Translations under genes and position numbers: made by a program | Source: Ylistrum balloti | Taxonomy: Eukaryota | Reading direction: 5' to 3' | Length of the DNA stretch: 64,000 nt | Assembly (NCBI RefSeq): GCF_031769215.1 | Contig: NW_026782711.1 | Coordinates: 1,240,001-1,304,000, forward strand | Notes under the pieces: model-generated | Database searches by the model: none | The model's input: only the letters and a program-made list of their open reading frames with translations | What the model was told of the DNA's origin: nothing | Shown here: one piece after another, positions 1 through 13,620 of the stretch | Layout of the letters: every line of letters starts with the position of its first letter | Position numbering within the stretch: position 1 is the first letter of the stretch

Positions 1-81
1 AAGTACATGACCCCATTCTATACATAATGACCTTATTGTATGCTTTGTGAGAAAAAAACAACATGGTATTTATATGCACAG

Positions 82-1382
82 GAACAGATATCAACAAGCC
101 TGATGCCGCTGGCATGACAGCCTTACTGTGGGCCAGCGCCAATGGTCAACAGGCCACTACAGAGTTCTTGGTGGATAAAAATGCTGACATCAATGTGTGT
201 GGGAAACATGGTGAAAATGCACTCTTGTTGGCATGTTCAGGAGGATACACTGACATTGTCTACTACCTCCTCAGTCTAGGCCTCGATGTCAACTACAGTG
301 ATGAGGTGCGAAGTCAATGTGTGTGACTTGGTTTAAGTATTTGATGTTGAGTTATCATATCTATGTTTCAATCCAACTCACAGTAAGGGATGAGATTATT
401 TCATAGCAATTTTATCTTTTAGCTGATCAGCAAAACAGACATGGACAGGCTTGTCACTGAGCATGGGCATATTACAAGATATATATTTTTACCCATTAAA
501 TGATGAAAACAGTTGATTTCTGTACGAACTTAAACTCTTAATATCTAAATTTCAAAAAGTAAAAATCATATCCATATCAAGTTCTGTATTTATTTCATCA
601 GTGCAGTTGACCTAGTACTCAAAGTGTGGTTGAACAGAGAGAGTGGGGATACTTCTTGACTAAGATATTGAATATCAACAGTCCTTATGATGATTTCTAA
701 TCAGTAAAATGTTTCCACATCTGGAGACATTCATTGTTAGTTGTAATAATGTTGTGGTTTTGTTTTAGTCTGGTAGCACTGGACTGATGTATGCCTGCTA
801 CAGGAATCATACAGGTTGTATACAGGCCCTCCTGGAGTATGGAGCTGATATTACACATACAAATGAAGACCAGCTCACTGCCATGGATCTAGCAGTGGGT
901 CAAGGTCATAAAGCAGGTATGTTACTATAAATATAACAGAAGTGAAAATTGACATAAGGACAACAAGACTAAAGTTTGGAATTTTGAAATCTTTCTATGG
1001 GTAAAAAATTGAAATTTTTGTTTACCTTTTCTCAAGCACTTTAATTAATTGAAAAAACATCAAATTTGTTTTTGCCTAGTCGGTCCAGTGTGTATTTGAT
1101 GTAGTGATATAGTACAAATGTTACAAACTTTGTCTAAAGGTCAGCATCAGTATTTTAGGTTGTTTATGAACTGAATTTTTTTTTGAGAATAATAAGTAGA
1201 TTTACTAATTGCCTTACATTGTTAATTTTCGTTTACAATAACAAAATTTTAATGTTTTAATTGATAAATAATTACTAGTAATTTTCATTTTCTCTTTGGT
1301 TGATTTAGCCCAGCAAACCATTGAACAACATATCCTGTCTTTGTTTGGGAGCTCAGCCCATTATATACCAGAAAAACTATGA
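82..1382 (+). CDS. ANKRA2: ANKRA2/RFXANK-family ankyrin repeat protein, last three coding exons (82-305, 769-916, 1309-1382); 5' end lies outside the window
   Basis: All junctions are GT-AG with consistent phases (1/0/1). The spliced translation ...DINKPDAAGMTALLWASANGQ...GENALLLACSGGYTDIVYYLLSLGLDVNYSDE/SGSTGLMYACYRNHTGCIQALLEYGADITHTNEDQLTAMDLAVGQGHKA/AQQTIEQHILSLF...* matches the C-terminal ankyrin repeats and the MDLAVALG..VQQVIE.HLLKL tail of ANKRA2/RFXANK as I recall them. AATAAA at 1426. Confidence 0.88.
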
Positions 1383-1489
1383 TCATTGATAGACTGGTTG
1401 GATGAGTGAATACTCTGGTTCCAAAAATAAATCTATGTGAAGTTTCCCAATCCATAGGGAATCCAGATGGAGGATGCTAAACCTCTCCA

Positions 1490-2960
1490 GGTTAACAGGT
1501 AAAGGCATTCCAACAAAGGATATCGATACCTCAACAGGTTAACCAGTTAAGGGGTCACAATTAAGGAAGCCAAGCCTCATTAAGGTTTATGGGTTAGGAA
1601 ATCCCAATGAAGGACACCAAACCTGACCACCTCACCAGTGTTACAAGAATCCCATTGAAGGGGAATACCTCACCAGTGTTACAGGACACTGAACCTCACC
1701 AGTGTTACAGGTTACAGAATCCCAATGAAGCACAATTTACCTCACCAGTGTTACAGGTTACAGAATCCCATTGAAGGACACTTGACATCACTAGGGATAC
1801 AGGTTACAGAATCCCAATGAAGGACACTAAAGCTAACTAGGGTTACAGGTTACAGAATCCCAATGAAGGACACAGAACCTCACCAGGACTACAGGTTACA
1901 GAATCCTAATGAAGGACACTGAACCACACCAGTGTTACAGGTTACAGAATCCCAATGAAGCACAATTTACCTCACCAGGGTTACAGGTTACAGAATCCCA
2001 ATGAAGCACAATTTACCTCACCAGTGTTACAGGTTACAGAATCCCAATGAAGGACACAGAACCTCACCAGGACTACAGGTTACAGAATCCTAATGAAGGA
2101 CACTGAACCACACCAGGGTTACAGGTTACAGAATCCCAATGAAGCACAATTTACCTCACCAGGGTTACAGGTTACAGAATCCCAATGAAGCACAATTTAC
2201 CTCACCAGTGTTACAGGTTACAGAATCCCAATGAAGGACACTCGACATCATCAGGGATACAGGTTAGGGAATCCCAATGAAGGACACTGAACCTCACCAG
2301 GGATACAGGTTACAGAATCCCAATGAAGGACACTGAACCTCACCAGGGCTACAGGTTACAGAATCCCAATGAAGGACACTGAACCTCACCAGTGTTACAG
2401 GTTACAGAATCCCAATGAAGGACACTGAACCTCATCAGTGTTACAGGTTACAGAATCCCAATGAAGGACACTGAACCTCATCAGTGTTACAGGTTACAGA
2501 ATCCCATTGAAGGACACTGAACCTCATCAGTGTTACAGGTTACAGAATCCCATTGAAGGACACTCGACATCACCAGGGATACAGGTTAGGGAATCCCAAT
2601 GAAGCACAATTAACTTCACCAGGGTTACAGGTTACAGAATCGTAATGAAGGACAATTAAACATGTTAACTGGTAAGGAAAAAATTGAATTTAAGGACAAT
2701 GAACCTTGTAAGATTTATAGGTTAGGGAATGCCAACAAAGGACAAGTTTTAATGATCTTACCTGGCTTACAGGTTAGAGACTCCTAGCTAAGGACAATAG
2801 ATAATGTTGATATGATCTCTTCTGACTAACATGTGAGCGACTTAGAAGATATCATCTGGCTTACAGGTTAAAGACTCCTAATTCAGGACAATACTGTTGA
2901 TTATGTGTAACTGATCTCAGGTGGCTAACAGGTTAGAGACTTAATATATTAATATTTGGG
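1490..2960. repeat. 46-bp minisatellite; homogeneous core ~1628-2645 (~22 copies) with degenerate flanks
   Basis: Unit CCTCACCAGTGTTACAGGTTACAGAATCCCAATGAAGGACACTGAA; period 46 measured at 2341/2387; a 4-unit (184 bp) block is repeated at 1861 and 2045. Confidence 0.95.
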
Positions 2961-3854
2961 ACTGATCAGAAGAAACAAAATGGCCAACAGGCTGCCATTT
3001 TGGATTTGGCAGTTGAAGATTATTTCTTATCATTAAGAGCAAAAACTGAGAAGAGAAAAGAAGTGAAAAGATCTAACTTTGAAAGAACAAGTAAAGATCA
3101 GTCAATAGTGGGGGCCAAGATCCCTCTGGGATCTCCTGTTTTTTGTTTTGTTTTTTCCAATTTTACATGTGTCTATTTTCAAAATGGGGGAAATAGTTTG
3201 GAAGGTGTGATATTTATGAATGAATGATCAGTCATGAGTCCGAGTGTGTAAGAATAATTCATTATTGACGTGTTTTTAATTGTTCATTGTATTTAAGTGG
3301 ATGTTTGTTATTGATCTTGAGTTGTTTAATCATCACCATTGCTTGCTTGGGCTGTCCTCTCGGCATTTACAATAGTTCCTTTACTTTACATTGTCACTTC
3401 CTTTCCACTTTCAATTCTGCTCTGATTGGTTAATAGCCTGTATCTTTACAGAACTAGTTGTAACATGGATATTAGGCCTGTGTAGTTAACGTTGGGTCAT
3501 TACCTATGTTGTATAATATGATGTGTTGTGTCTCTTGTAGGCTGTATTTTACTTGTGACTTCTATTTTCATATTTACAAAATCATCAGTGCAGGTAAAAT
3601 AAACCCTATCCATTTTCCTGTTGTTGGGTTGTCTTTTCTTGCACTCTTGTTAATATGGAACGAGACCAAACCTCGCGTCACCACATCTTAAACCTGGAAT
3701 TGCCTTGACCTTGCATATGTGGTATTGCAGCACACTACATTTACACCTACTAGTATTACTTGTTAATATCATACAACATTGACTTTGCATGATGTGATGT
3801 TACCATTGCACTTATTTCACTGAAATTTTGCTGAAACCTTCCCTGGTCTTAAAT

Positions 3855-4608
3855 GGACCAAAATTTAAATTATACAGTCCTCGCCCCCCAGGGCCTGAGG
3901 GGTGGGCTAAAAGGGGTCAAATTGATTCAGATTTCAAGAAGTTTTTACTCAAGACCCAGATATGGTAGAATAAAAAACTTTAATGATTGGAAACATCTTA
4001 AGGAGCTTTACCAAAATTGTGAATTTTACAGCCCCAGGGTCTCGCATATCCCTGTGGGAAGGGGGTTAAGTTTACTATAGTTTATAATGGAAAACTAGAT
4101 TTTTGAGCACAATTTGTTTAATTTCCATTCGAAATATTTCACACTTGATTAGAATGATCAGTGAAGGATGACGGCACAATGGTATGCCCCTTTTGATCCT
4201 GACTGACCCCCAGGGGATGATGGGTGGGGCCAAAAGGGGTAAAATTGACTGAAATTTCAAAAGTCACAGATATGGTAGAATCAAATACTCTTCATGAATG
4301 CAAGCATCTTAAGGTGCCTTAATTACCAAAATGGGTCTAACATTTCTTCTTGGGGAGGAATTTTTGTTTAGACTGTAATTTTCATAGAAAAAAGATATTT
4401 TTGAGCATAACGTTAGTTATTTCCCACTGGAAATAAACTGTATAAGAATTATCAGTATAGGATGACAGTTTTGATGGAATGCATGTAATGACACTGTCTA
4501 TATACAGTGTCACAATCTCAGTTTCATGACACTAGATAACTATCCTTTAACCTTTATATTCAATACTGCTGGTCTCAGGTGACCGTCCAGTCTGCTAGGC
4601 CTCTTGTT
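3855..4608 (-). mobile_element. Non-autonomous HINE/Helentron-like element, reverse orientation, degenerate
   Basis: Terminus CTCAGGTGACC...GGCCTCTTGTT at 4575-4608 is shared with the copy ending at 49920 and is complementary to the ACAAGAGGCC start at 5797; internal degenerate ~160-bp repeats. Confidence 0.6.
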
Positions 4609-5435
4609 CACAAATTGGCCCCTGTAACCTTGAATAAGGGTCAAGGTAATTTCTTTTCACAGGCTTTGTCAGATGAACTAATAAATGAAGGGATGTTAAC
4701 ATTGTTCAATTTCTAATGTTTACATTGCTTCACGTGATGTTAACTTTGCATCGTATAATGATAAAACATTGTACAACATTCCAATATTCACATTGTACCA
4801 AATTATAATAAATTGTAAAATGTTGTAATGTTTAGATTGTGTTTTGTGATGTTTTCATTGCACTAGATGATCGATTTCATAAACCATATATAATGTTTAC
4901 ATAACACAATGCGATGACATCACCAGATGTATGTCTACACTGCACTAGATGTTGTCTACATTGTATGTGATACTTACATTGTACAAAAAATGTCCAAGTT
5001 AATTGCTGTTTTGATACTAATCTTAAATTGAAAGTATTCATAGATATTATATATTGGAAATGTTTACTTACCTTGGTATTATTCAATAAATACTAAATAC
5101 AGATATCCTTCTGATTTCAGTTTACACAGATATCCTTCTGATTTCAGTTTACAAACAATTTATTTGTAATAAATTATAGTATTGTAACAAGTGATTGAAC
5201 AATATCATTGAATGAATAAAGCCATTCACATTTTAGCTGTAGTACAATGGGCATGGATGGCACATATCAAGCTGGTGTGGACAGAAATGTGGCACAACTA
5301 TAGTGCATGACTTTATGAACACATTATTGTAAATATGAATGAAACTACCGGTAAGTTGAACACAATTGAAGATGTATTTGAACTAGAGCAGGATATTGAT
5401 ACGACATTGAGGTTCCTGGTTACACACACTCACTC

Positions 5436-8400
5436 TCAATGAGTTTTATTTTGTACATGTCCAGTTCTATGAAGTTGATCTATTAGACATCTTCGTTCAA
5501 CCCTCTTTAGCACTGCTGAATTAACTTGTACACCAAAATCCCTCACCAACATTGATACTGTCTGATGAACTCGTTCAGGTAAAGGTGAATGCAAGAGAGT
5601 TACCTGGAAAAGGAAGATACCATGTTTTTAGATAACTGAAGTAGCTAAGAGCTTACTGACTTTTTATGACTGACAGTCATGCACAAAAAACAAGACTTTT
5701 TTAGTTAGTAATTTTGTTCATCAATTAACATTTACACAAATGTCTAAAAATTTGAGGTTGCCAATTTGCAGTTTTATCAACCATTGAATTCAAATGACAA
5801 GAGGCCCATAGGGCCTGTATCGTTCACTTGGCTTTCTTTCAGCTGCAATAACTTCATCCAAATTAAAGGCAAAGATATTTTGAATTTCCACTATATCTAT
5901 TTCTCTACTGGGTCTCATCCCCTCAGTCCTTAAGTGATCAGCCAAATATCTTGTGGTTTTTGCTAAGTTGGGACAGAATCCTGCAATCCCAAAGGCAGAA
6001 TTTTACAGCATTTGCTCTATTTCCTGTTGAATGGGTCCTACCCATTTCACCAAAATGTGCCTTCATCCATCATTTATACAAAGTTGATTTTAATTTATTC
6101 AAGGATCCACCAAATTTGGGCAAAAATATTATCAATCCTACAGAAGGCACTTTTTTCCCCTATTGGGCCCCACCCATTCCAGCTAGCTGAGACTGGCCAT
6201 GTATACAAAATTTATTCCTCCTCACGCAAGAATGCTTCAGACAAAATTCAGGGAAAATCTAATCATTCCTACAGCAGAAGAAGAAGTTTTAAATCTTTTT
6301 TTTTTTTCAAATATTTCACCTATAGGGCTCTGCCCCTCTGGCCCCAGAGTGCAGTGATCCACCAAGTACAAAATTTATTCCCCTTTGCCAAAGAGTTTCA
6401 GAAAAAACATTTGGGTAAAACCAAATCATTCTTACTGGAAGACTAGGAACTTAAAGAATTTGCACTTTTTCCCCTATTGGGCCCCACCTCTGGGGCCTTA
6501 AAATCTACCATTATACAAAATTCATTTCCCTTCACCCAAGAATGCTTAAGACAAACTTTGGCCAAAATCTAATCATTCCTCCAGCAGGAAAAGGATTTTA
6601 TAGAATTTTCTCTATATCATCTATTGGACTCTGCCTGTCTGGCCCCAGACGGCAGAGACCTAACATTTATGTAAGATATTTGCTCTATTTCCCCTACTGG
6701 ACCCCACCCCAGGAGGCTAAGATCAACTGTTTTCATAAAATTGTTTCCCTTTCACCAAAGAATGCTTTAGTCCAAATTTGGGCAAAATCAAATCATTTCT
6801 ACAGGAGGTATAATTTTTAAAAATTTGCTCTATTTTCCCTAATGGGCCCTGCCCTTCCTCCCCAAGGGGCCAAGACCTTACGGCTATACAAGATTGATTC
6901 CCCTTCATCCAAGAATGCTTCAGACCAAATTTGGGCAATATCCCTTCATTCTTACCTGAAAAGTAGGATTTTAAATAATTTACTTTATTTCCCCTTTTGG
7001 GCCCTGCCCCACGGGGCAAAGGCCTAATGTTTAAACAAAATTGATTCCCTTTCACCCAAGAGTGCTTCAGAACAAATTTGGGCAATATCCATTCATTCCT
7101 ACAGAAGTAGGATTTTAAAAGACTTGAAAAATTTCCCCTTTTGGGCCCAGTCCCTATGCCCCTTGGAGGCAGAGAACCAATATTTATACAGAATTGGTTT
7201 TCTTTCCCCCCAAAGGATATTTCTGATCAAAATTGGTCAAAATCTGTACTGTTGTTCAAGACTAGTAGTTATTGTTAGTAACGAGTTGACAGGCGCCGGA
7301 CAGATGTTATGTCATTGTATAACCAAATGAGATAAACAGACAACTTGACAGTTGTTTAGACATACACTGTACATGTCTGCTTGGTATAGTAACATGAATA
7401 ACAAATAAGTTACAAAATATAAGGGAAATTTTACCAAACAGGATTCGTATCCAAGTTTATACAGATGTCTTTTGCTGACTAATGTAAGTCCAGATGGTCG
7501 ATCAAGCATACTTAAATGCTTTCCACTTTGCAAGCAGGATGACTGGGTTCTTTGCAAAATCACACTGAAATAAAAATGATCATTAGATGTGTTTTAACTT
7601 CTGTGTCTTGTTGATATAGATATGTGAAAATAGAAACCTTAATTCATAGAGTTGTATATAGAACCATGACTTGACCAAATCAAGCACCCATGAAAATGCA
7701 CTTTTTTTAGAAACCCCAATAAATTTGAGAGCAATGAAAATATCATTTTATGGTATATAAAGATATTTTTAAACATTTTGTCACACTCTATAAACATTTT
7801 ACAGTGTTGTACAAAATTCAATCCAAGCCAACTACAAGTTCTGCAACAAGGACAAAGAGTGAAATATTTGCAACATGTTATTTAACAACTGTGTTGCTAA
7901 GAGTATCCCGAACTCCCTGCACTACTAGGCTATTTAATGTCTATGAGACCATACATACATGGTAACAGTATCTATCATGAAGATAAATTTTTCCTGAAAT
8001 GTGCTCTATGTTCTAAGATAGAATTTTCATGCAAAATTTGGTAATTATAAGGTGAAATAATGTCCATGACAATCCTTTGACATACTTTTTAAATAATTAA
8101 GGTCAAAGATTTTCACATCACCATAAATCTTAAGATATGGACACCATAGAAGTGGACAAAACTTATGATTTAAAATTAATTAGATGAAAATCAAATAACA
8201 GTAGAAATGTCCTCGCATACCTATACAGAGCATTGTCCCTCTTCACTAGTCAATGACTTGTTTGTTGTTTAAACAAGGATAAGTTTGTACAGAGAATGCC
8301 ACTAAACATATTTTGTAATACCAGGTAATAAATATGGTCTTAATCATATGGTTTGTTAATTATGGTAAACACACTAAAACAATAACAAGACATAAGATAG

Positions 8401-11400
8401 CTCAACACTCCTTTCCTGATGTCTTGTTATTGTAACTACTGAGTGACTCCCTCTATAACTCACAGTATCCATTTCCCAGTGATTTACTACCTAAGGACCT
8501 TACCTACATATTGGACTGGTGTTGGCTCATTCATACTAAAACAAGACATTTTACCCTCAAAATGACCTTGGCTGTTCACAGTGGAATAAACCCAGCAAAC
8601 AAACAAACTTTTAACAACTTGTGATCAATAGACTTCTTGTTACATCTCAACCAAATCTTTGTTTTGATGTCATAACAAAAGTCCTCAATTGCATTGAACA
8701 TTTAGTAATGACCCTGACCTTGTAACCTAAGACCATGTGACTATCATCAGTCGTGAATGATAGAAAATAATTAAACATATTTCCCACAATACATTTCTTA
8801 TGACCCTTACCTTGTAAATTGTGATCATGTGACTATCATGTGATCATGTGACTCTAGTGAATAACTAATGATATTGACCAGAACACATTATCATCATTCA
8901 ACAATCATCAAATGAAACCTGCATAAGACGCAGTAAGCGTGGAAGAAATAGGATCCATATTTTACAACTTTGCAGAATCTTTATAGATCAGTGTATATAT
9001 CATCCTCATATACAATTACAAATCATACAATGTACCCCCTCAATATGAATATACCTGCTTACTTTTTAAATCTTATATTAAACTTACATCCGTCTACCTC
9101 TTTTTGACATCAATTCCTTGTCCATCATTTCCTCTAAAAGATCCTCATATTTTGTTGGTGTAAAGGGTACTGGTCTGTTGTTTTCATCTAAACGAATTTC
9201 CATGACTGAAATACAGAATACAGAATTTTCCAGCTGAATGAAAATAAAATTTTTCTCACTAATACATACATACTTATTTTTCAGTCTCTTATTATAAAAG
9301 ACTATGAATTACTTTTTCTTACTTGCAGAAATATCTGATTCTAAGGCAGCTAAAAATGTCAAATGTGACATAAAGTGATAATTGTCCGTCAGCCCCCATG
9401 ATTACAATGTAACATATCTGTAAGAGCACATCGACCATCCCTTATTGTGATTCAGTAGAACTAGTTCCAACAAACTTTGTTTTATTAACCTTTAATAAGC
9501 CCACCCTCTAGTCAACTTGAGCCATAGATAAATTGTTAGTCGTCAAATCTTATTAGAGAAAGTAGATACTCTTAAGAGAGTTAAATGTAACAAAGGAAAT
9601 GAATCACAGTTACCTCCCCTGTATTACTTACGATTTGTGATGTATGGCAGAACAGTATGATGTACAACAAATTTTCCTTGTAACAATTCATTCATGTAGT
9701 TGGTGAAATCTTCAAAGTATTGATATGATGGTACAGCAATATCCTGCTTCATGACATGCTCCATCTCCCCCTGAAAAATAATCCTAAAAATCTTTTAAAG
9801 TGCCTTTTTGAATCATTAAAATTTATCACAGAATCCATCTGTTATCCTGGGAATTTGCCTATGTCATATTTCTGTTGAGTCTGCCATGAATTAAGTGTAG
9901 CAAAGCTCTGCAACTTGCTTACTTATTTGTTGACTAGTAGACCATTCTGGAATAGCAATATGTTAACATACCCCTGGATTATAAAAGGAAAGACTACATT
10001 AAAATGGTGAAGGGAGATTGATGTTTTTTTTTTCATTCGGCCACCTTTAAGAGAGGTACTTTCATTACATATGACCACAGACTGTAGTCTGGGCAGTAAC
10101 AAACAACATAATCAAAAGATGAGTAATATCATTCTAACAATGACTGATATCCAACATATCTTAATGTTTATTTGTTAACAAGGGTAAAACATTCTGAGTT
10201 ACATGTCTACCAGACCTACATTGTAGGGAAATAAGTCTCCCCAATTTAACAGGTATTAGTAGAAACCATTATAAAAGGTGTGTCCTGAAGAAATCCTATT
10301 AATTGGCAAATCTTGTTCACAAATCAATAGCTTTATAAACCTAACCCCATCACCTAGTATGATTGATCCATACAAAATTATTTACAGAGAGACTGAAGAA
10401 CTTAAACTTTATAAACCTAACCCCATCATCTAGTGTGATTGATCCATACAAAATTATTTAGAGAGATATTTCAGAACTTAAAGGAGTTATCAGTCTACTG
10501 CAAAGGCAATTTTTTCAGTGGCTCAATTTTCAAGGATAAATTTGAAAGGAATTTTTTCACATGCCAGTAAATCAGTGGACCTTTCTATTTCATTTTCAAG
10601 GTACAGACATCTCCTTTTGCACAGTTTTATTTAATCTTCAAAAATAGCAGAAAACTGAACCCTTTGATAAGACCATTTTTATCGTATTATCTATAAAATA
10701 GTTATGGAATCACCATCAAGACCGCTTTGGTTTTCATTGGGTCCAGTTTCCTTCGATAGCAAGATCCCATACTTGCTTTCAGCCAAGCCAACAAGTGATT
10801 TATACAATGAATTTCACGGTATTTGTCCCACAATGGTAATTGTAATTATAAGGTATCCACTAATATCAAAGATTTCTAATTAATTGTACATCAGTAAGAT
10901 CCTATCTTCCTACTTTCTTACCCTCGGAATTTTCTTGAGCTCAACATCTGGACAATCAATATCCATGCAGACACGAAGAAAAATATACAACATTCCTTTA
11001 CGTGTGTAATTGTTTTTCTCAAGTTGTTCTGTGAAAACAAAAGAACATTATACATGACCATACAAAGAAAAAAGGTTCAATGGGCCTGTGTATAGCAAAA
11101 CAACGAATACTTGAAATTAATGTCACCACATAATTATGTCAAACACATCCAACATTACCTCTTGTCCATTCATACTGATGGTAAATATAAATATGACATT
11201 GTGATGATCTATTTACTTCAAAATAGATTAATTATTTAAAAGGTAATATGTGTAATTTAGCACTTTCAAGAAAAAAAAAACATTCACAGGTATGGTGGTG
11301 GCTGGACGTTGGAGGATGATTATACAATTAAAGTTGGTTGAATGCTGTTGGGCAACATAATAGTGGCTGGAACTTATGGGACAACAGGATTTGTGGTGTC

Positions 11401-12795
11401 TAAATGTCAGAACAACAGATAAAGTAGTGGATGGATGTTGTGAGCCAGAGGATTAATTGTGGCAACATGATAAGTGATGTCAGACCAAAAATAATGATAT
11501 AAGATACAAACATAATTATGTTTCAATATTACAGTTTTCTCACCTTTTAAATGTTTGGAACTATGATCTCTCATGTACTGAATGAAAACTGGCGTAAATT
11601 TCCCAGCAACAACTTGGCCAAAAAAGAATTCCCTGATAAAGCTATGTGCATTCCTATTGTCAATTCTATGAATGGCTACGAACAATTTTTCTAAATATGA
11701 GTGGATGCCTGTTGTGTCTCCTACATCATAAGCTAAACACCCAAGTGCCCATGATATTGTGCCAATATCCTTCAGTCGAATGGTGAGCTGTGGGTTGGTG
11801 TTGGTTACTTTAATTGCATTGTCCTCCTCACAGCTTTCAATCTGAATATCTGCAGGCTTTGGTAAAGCGTTTATGACAGCATCCACAAATTCCGGAACAT
11901 CAAGCTTATACTTTGCATATTGTTTCAACAAGTATGCAACATCTATAAAATTCCTGCAATGTTTCTTCAAATCATTTTCATCCCTCATTAGTGTTCTCGC
12001 AACATCAAACAAAAAGGTGAAATTGTCCTCTCTGTGTGATTGGCACAGCTTGATAATCATGAGAAGATCTCTAGAATTCAAGTCACGAAGATTTGTCAGA
12101 GCTTTGTCTATTACTGAGGAAGCCAGAAAGTCTGCATGACCATAATTGAACTTTCCTACATAGAATGCATTCATGATCAAAATCAGCTCTTTCAAGGAAA
12201 ATAGTTTTATATTCAAACAGACAAATGTGTGTACCTTATCCATTAAGGAACGAGGAACTTGTCTAAACACAGTTGTAAACAACATTAGAAGTGAAATGGA
12301 ACTGGCATCCCATTCGTAAGTATCAAACTTTGATGTTGCTTGCATGAACAAGGCACGCAAGAAGTATTCACATTTATATTTCTTCATAATACTTCTCTCA
12401 ATGAGATCAAATAACTGTTCAAAGGTCAAATCAAGTATATGAAATTCCCATATATTTCTCTGGAGAGCATCTAAAACTTCCACTTGCTTGGTCGACATAA
12501 ATTTATTCTCATTCAAAATACTTCTGCAGACTTTAACACATGCTTGGCAGGACTTAAATGCTGGTTCTACATCAGACACTGTGATTTTCTTCCTGCTAAA
12601 GGGGAGACGCTCACATTTTTCCAATGGGGGTCTCTGTATGTAGTTCTTTAGCAAGTAATGGCCTGTTTTCAATGAGCCTTGATCAATATTTCTACATTTA
12701 GTATCTTCTTTACCATATCGTTGAGCAGTAGCGAATGTTCTAACAGATTGTCTGATTATGTGGAGATGGCCCATCACCACTGTTAAGTTTCTCAT
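5436..12795 (-). CDS. FASTKD5: FAST kinase domain / RAP-domain mitochondrial protein, FASTKD5-like; exons 12795-11544, 11028-10922, 9770-9632, 9205-9088, 7564-7435, 5603-5436 (1914 nt, 637 aa)
   Basis: Six GT-AG exons join in frame (phases 1,0,1,2,0). The N-terminus MRNLTVVMGHLHIIRQSVRTFATAQR is basic and looks like a mitochondrial presequence. A helical-repeat body is followed by the FAST-like motif LRVCMDIDCPD, then HTVLPYITNLMEIRLDENNRPVPF and the RAP-like RIVILQR...RPSGLTLVSKRHLYKLGYE. Family assignment is strong; the paralogue assignment is from memory and less certain. Confidence 0.8.
5797..7310 (+). mobile_element. HINE/Helentron-like element carrying ~7-8 degenerate ~165-bp Cg170/BIV160-like repeats, inside the last intron of the FASTKD5-like gene
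   Basis: Starts ACAAGAGGCCCATAGGGCCTGTATCGTTCACTTGG. The repeated motif CCCTTCACCCAAGAATGCTTCAGACCAAATTTGGGCAAAATC...CATTCCTACAG resembles the oyster Cg170 satellite, which is known to be carried by Helentron non-autonomous elements. It explains the spurious ORFs at 5951-7330. Confidence 0.7.
8500..8610 (+). mobile_element. SINE-like 3' tail fragment
   Basis: ...AAATGACCTTGGCTGTTCACAGTGGAATAAACCCAGCAAACAAACAAAC ends in a (CAAA)n tail typical of molluscan SINEs; no head was identified. Confidence 0.35.
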
Positions 12796-13389
12796 TGTCT
12801 CTATATCAAAAAGTTCTATCCTTAGTACATATGTCCAGTGATTCCAAAGCTCCAGGTTGTTGTTTTCAGTATGTAATCTGAAAGAACAAATCAAATCAAA
12901 TCAACTTTAATAAAAGGATCTTTAGCAATATCTAGTTATCATGACTAAGGACAACGACTGTTTATTCAAATATGGTGGATATTGACAATTTTGCATTTTT
13001 GTTTGTTCTTTTATCATAGTCGTCTTTCGTTTGATTCAACTGCTCAAAAATATCAAGTCTTATTACAGAAGTCTATCAGTCAAATATAAGGTTTTCAAGA
13101 AGAAGTGGATAAAGTGCATTCATAAATTTGATCATGTGACCTAGAACATGGATTGAGAATCAAGGTCATTTCTTTTAACAAAAATTGTCTACTTTCATCC
13201 CAGGAAACTACAAGCCAATTATGCATTGTGGTTAAACATAAGAGGTTGTTAAACATTTTTCAAAATTTCAAGCTGGAACATTGAATATGGGTCAAGGTCA
13301 TATTTCTACACAAACTTTATTGGACTTCATCTCACAACTTTCCTGTTAAATGTCATGATTTTGTTTCATTGAGATGAAGTAATTTGAAG

Positions 13390-13620
13390 ACAAGGGCCAT
13401 CAGAAACGGTTATGCCCCTCCTGTTTGGGACAAAATTTAAGTATGAGAGAGTTGTGATTCTTGTGCACTGTCCTCCTACTCATTGAGACCTATCTTCCTA
13501 TAAAGTTATATGTTGGTAATGATATCTCTTAGAGTTTTTGTGTTCCGCTTCGGACAAAATTATAATGGACAGACAGACAAAGCAGCTACTTTATATGCTC
13601 TCCCTTCGCGGAGCATAAAA
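13390..13620 (+). mobile_element. HINE-like element 3' end in FASTKD5-like intron 1
   Basis: GGACAGACAGACAAAG microsatellite followed by the hairpin ATGCTCTCCCTTCGCGGAGCAT and AAAA, the usual DINE/HINE 3' architecture. Confidence 0.55.

Noticed and set aside
5951-7330. Cluster of 60-144 aa ORFs, and similar ones at 3853-4260 and 49014-49961
   Set aside because: They lie inside HINE/Cg170-like repeats and show no protein-family motifs.
11407-11543. C-terminal part of the 495-aa ORF (and its first 33 codons at 12796-12894) as coding
   Set aside because: The ORF runs past a donor at 11544/11543 into intron, and its start lies upstream of the acceptor at 12878; the spliced model fits the family better.
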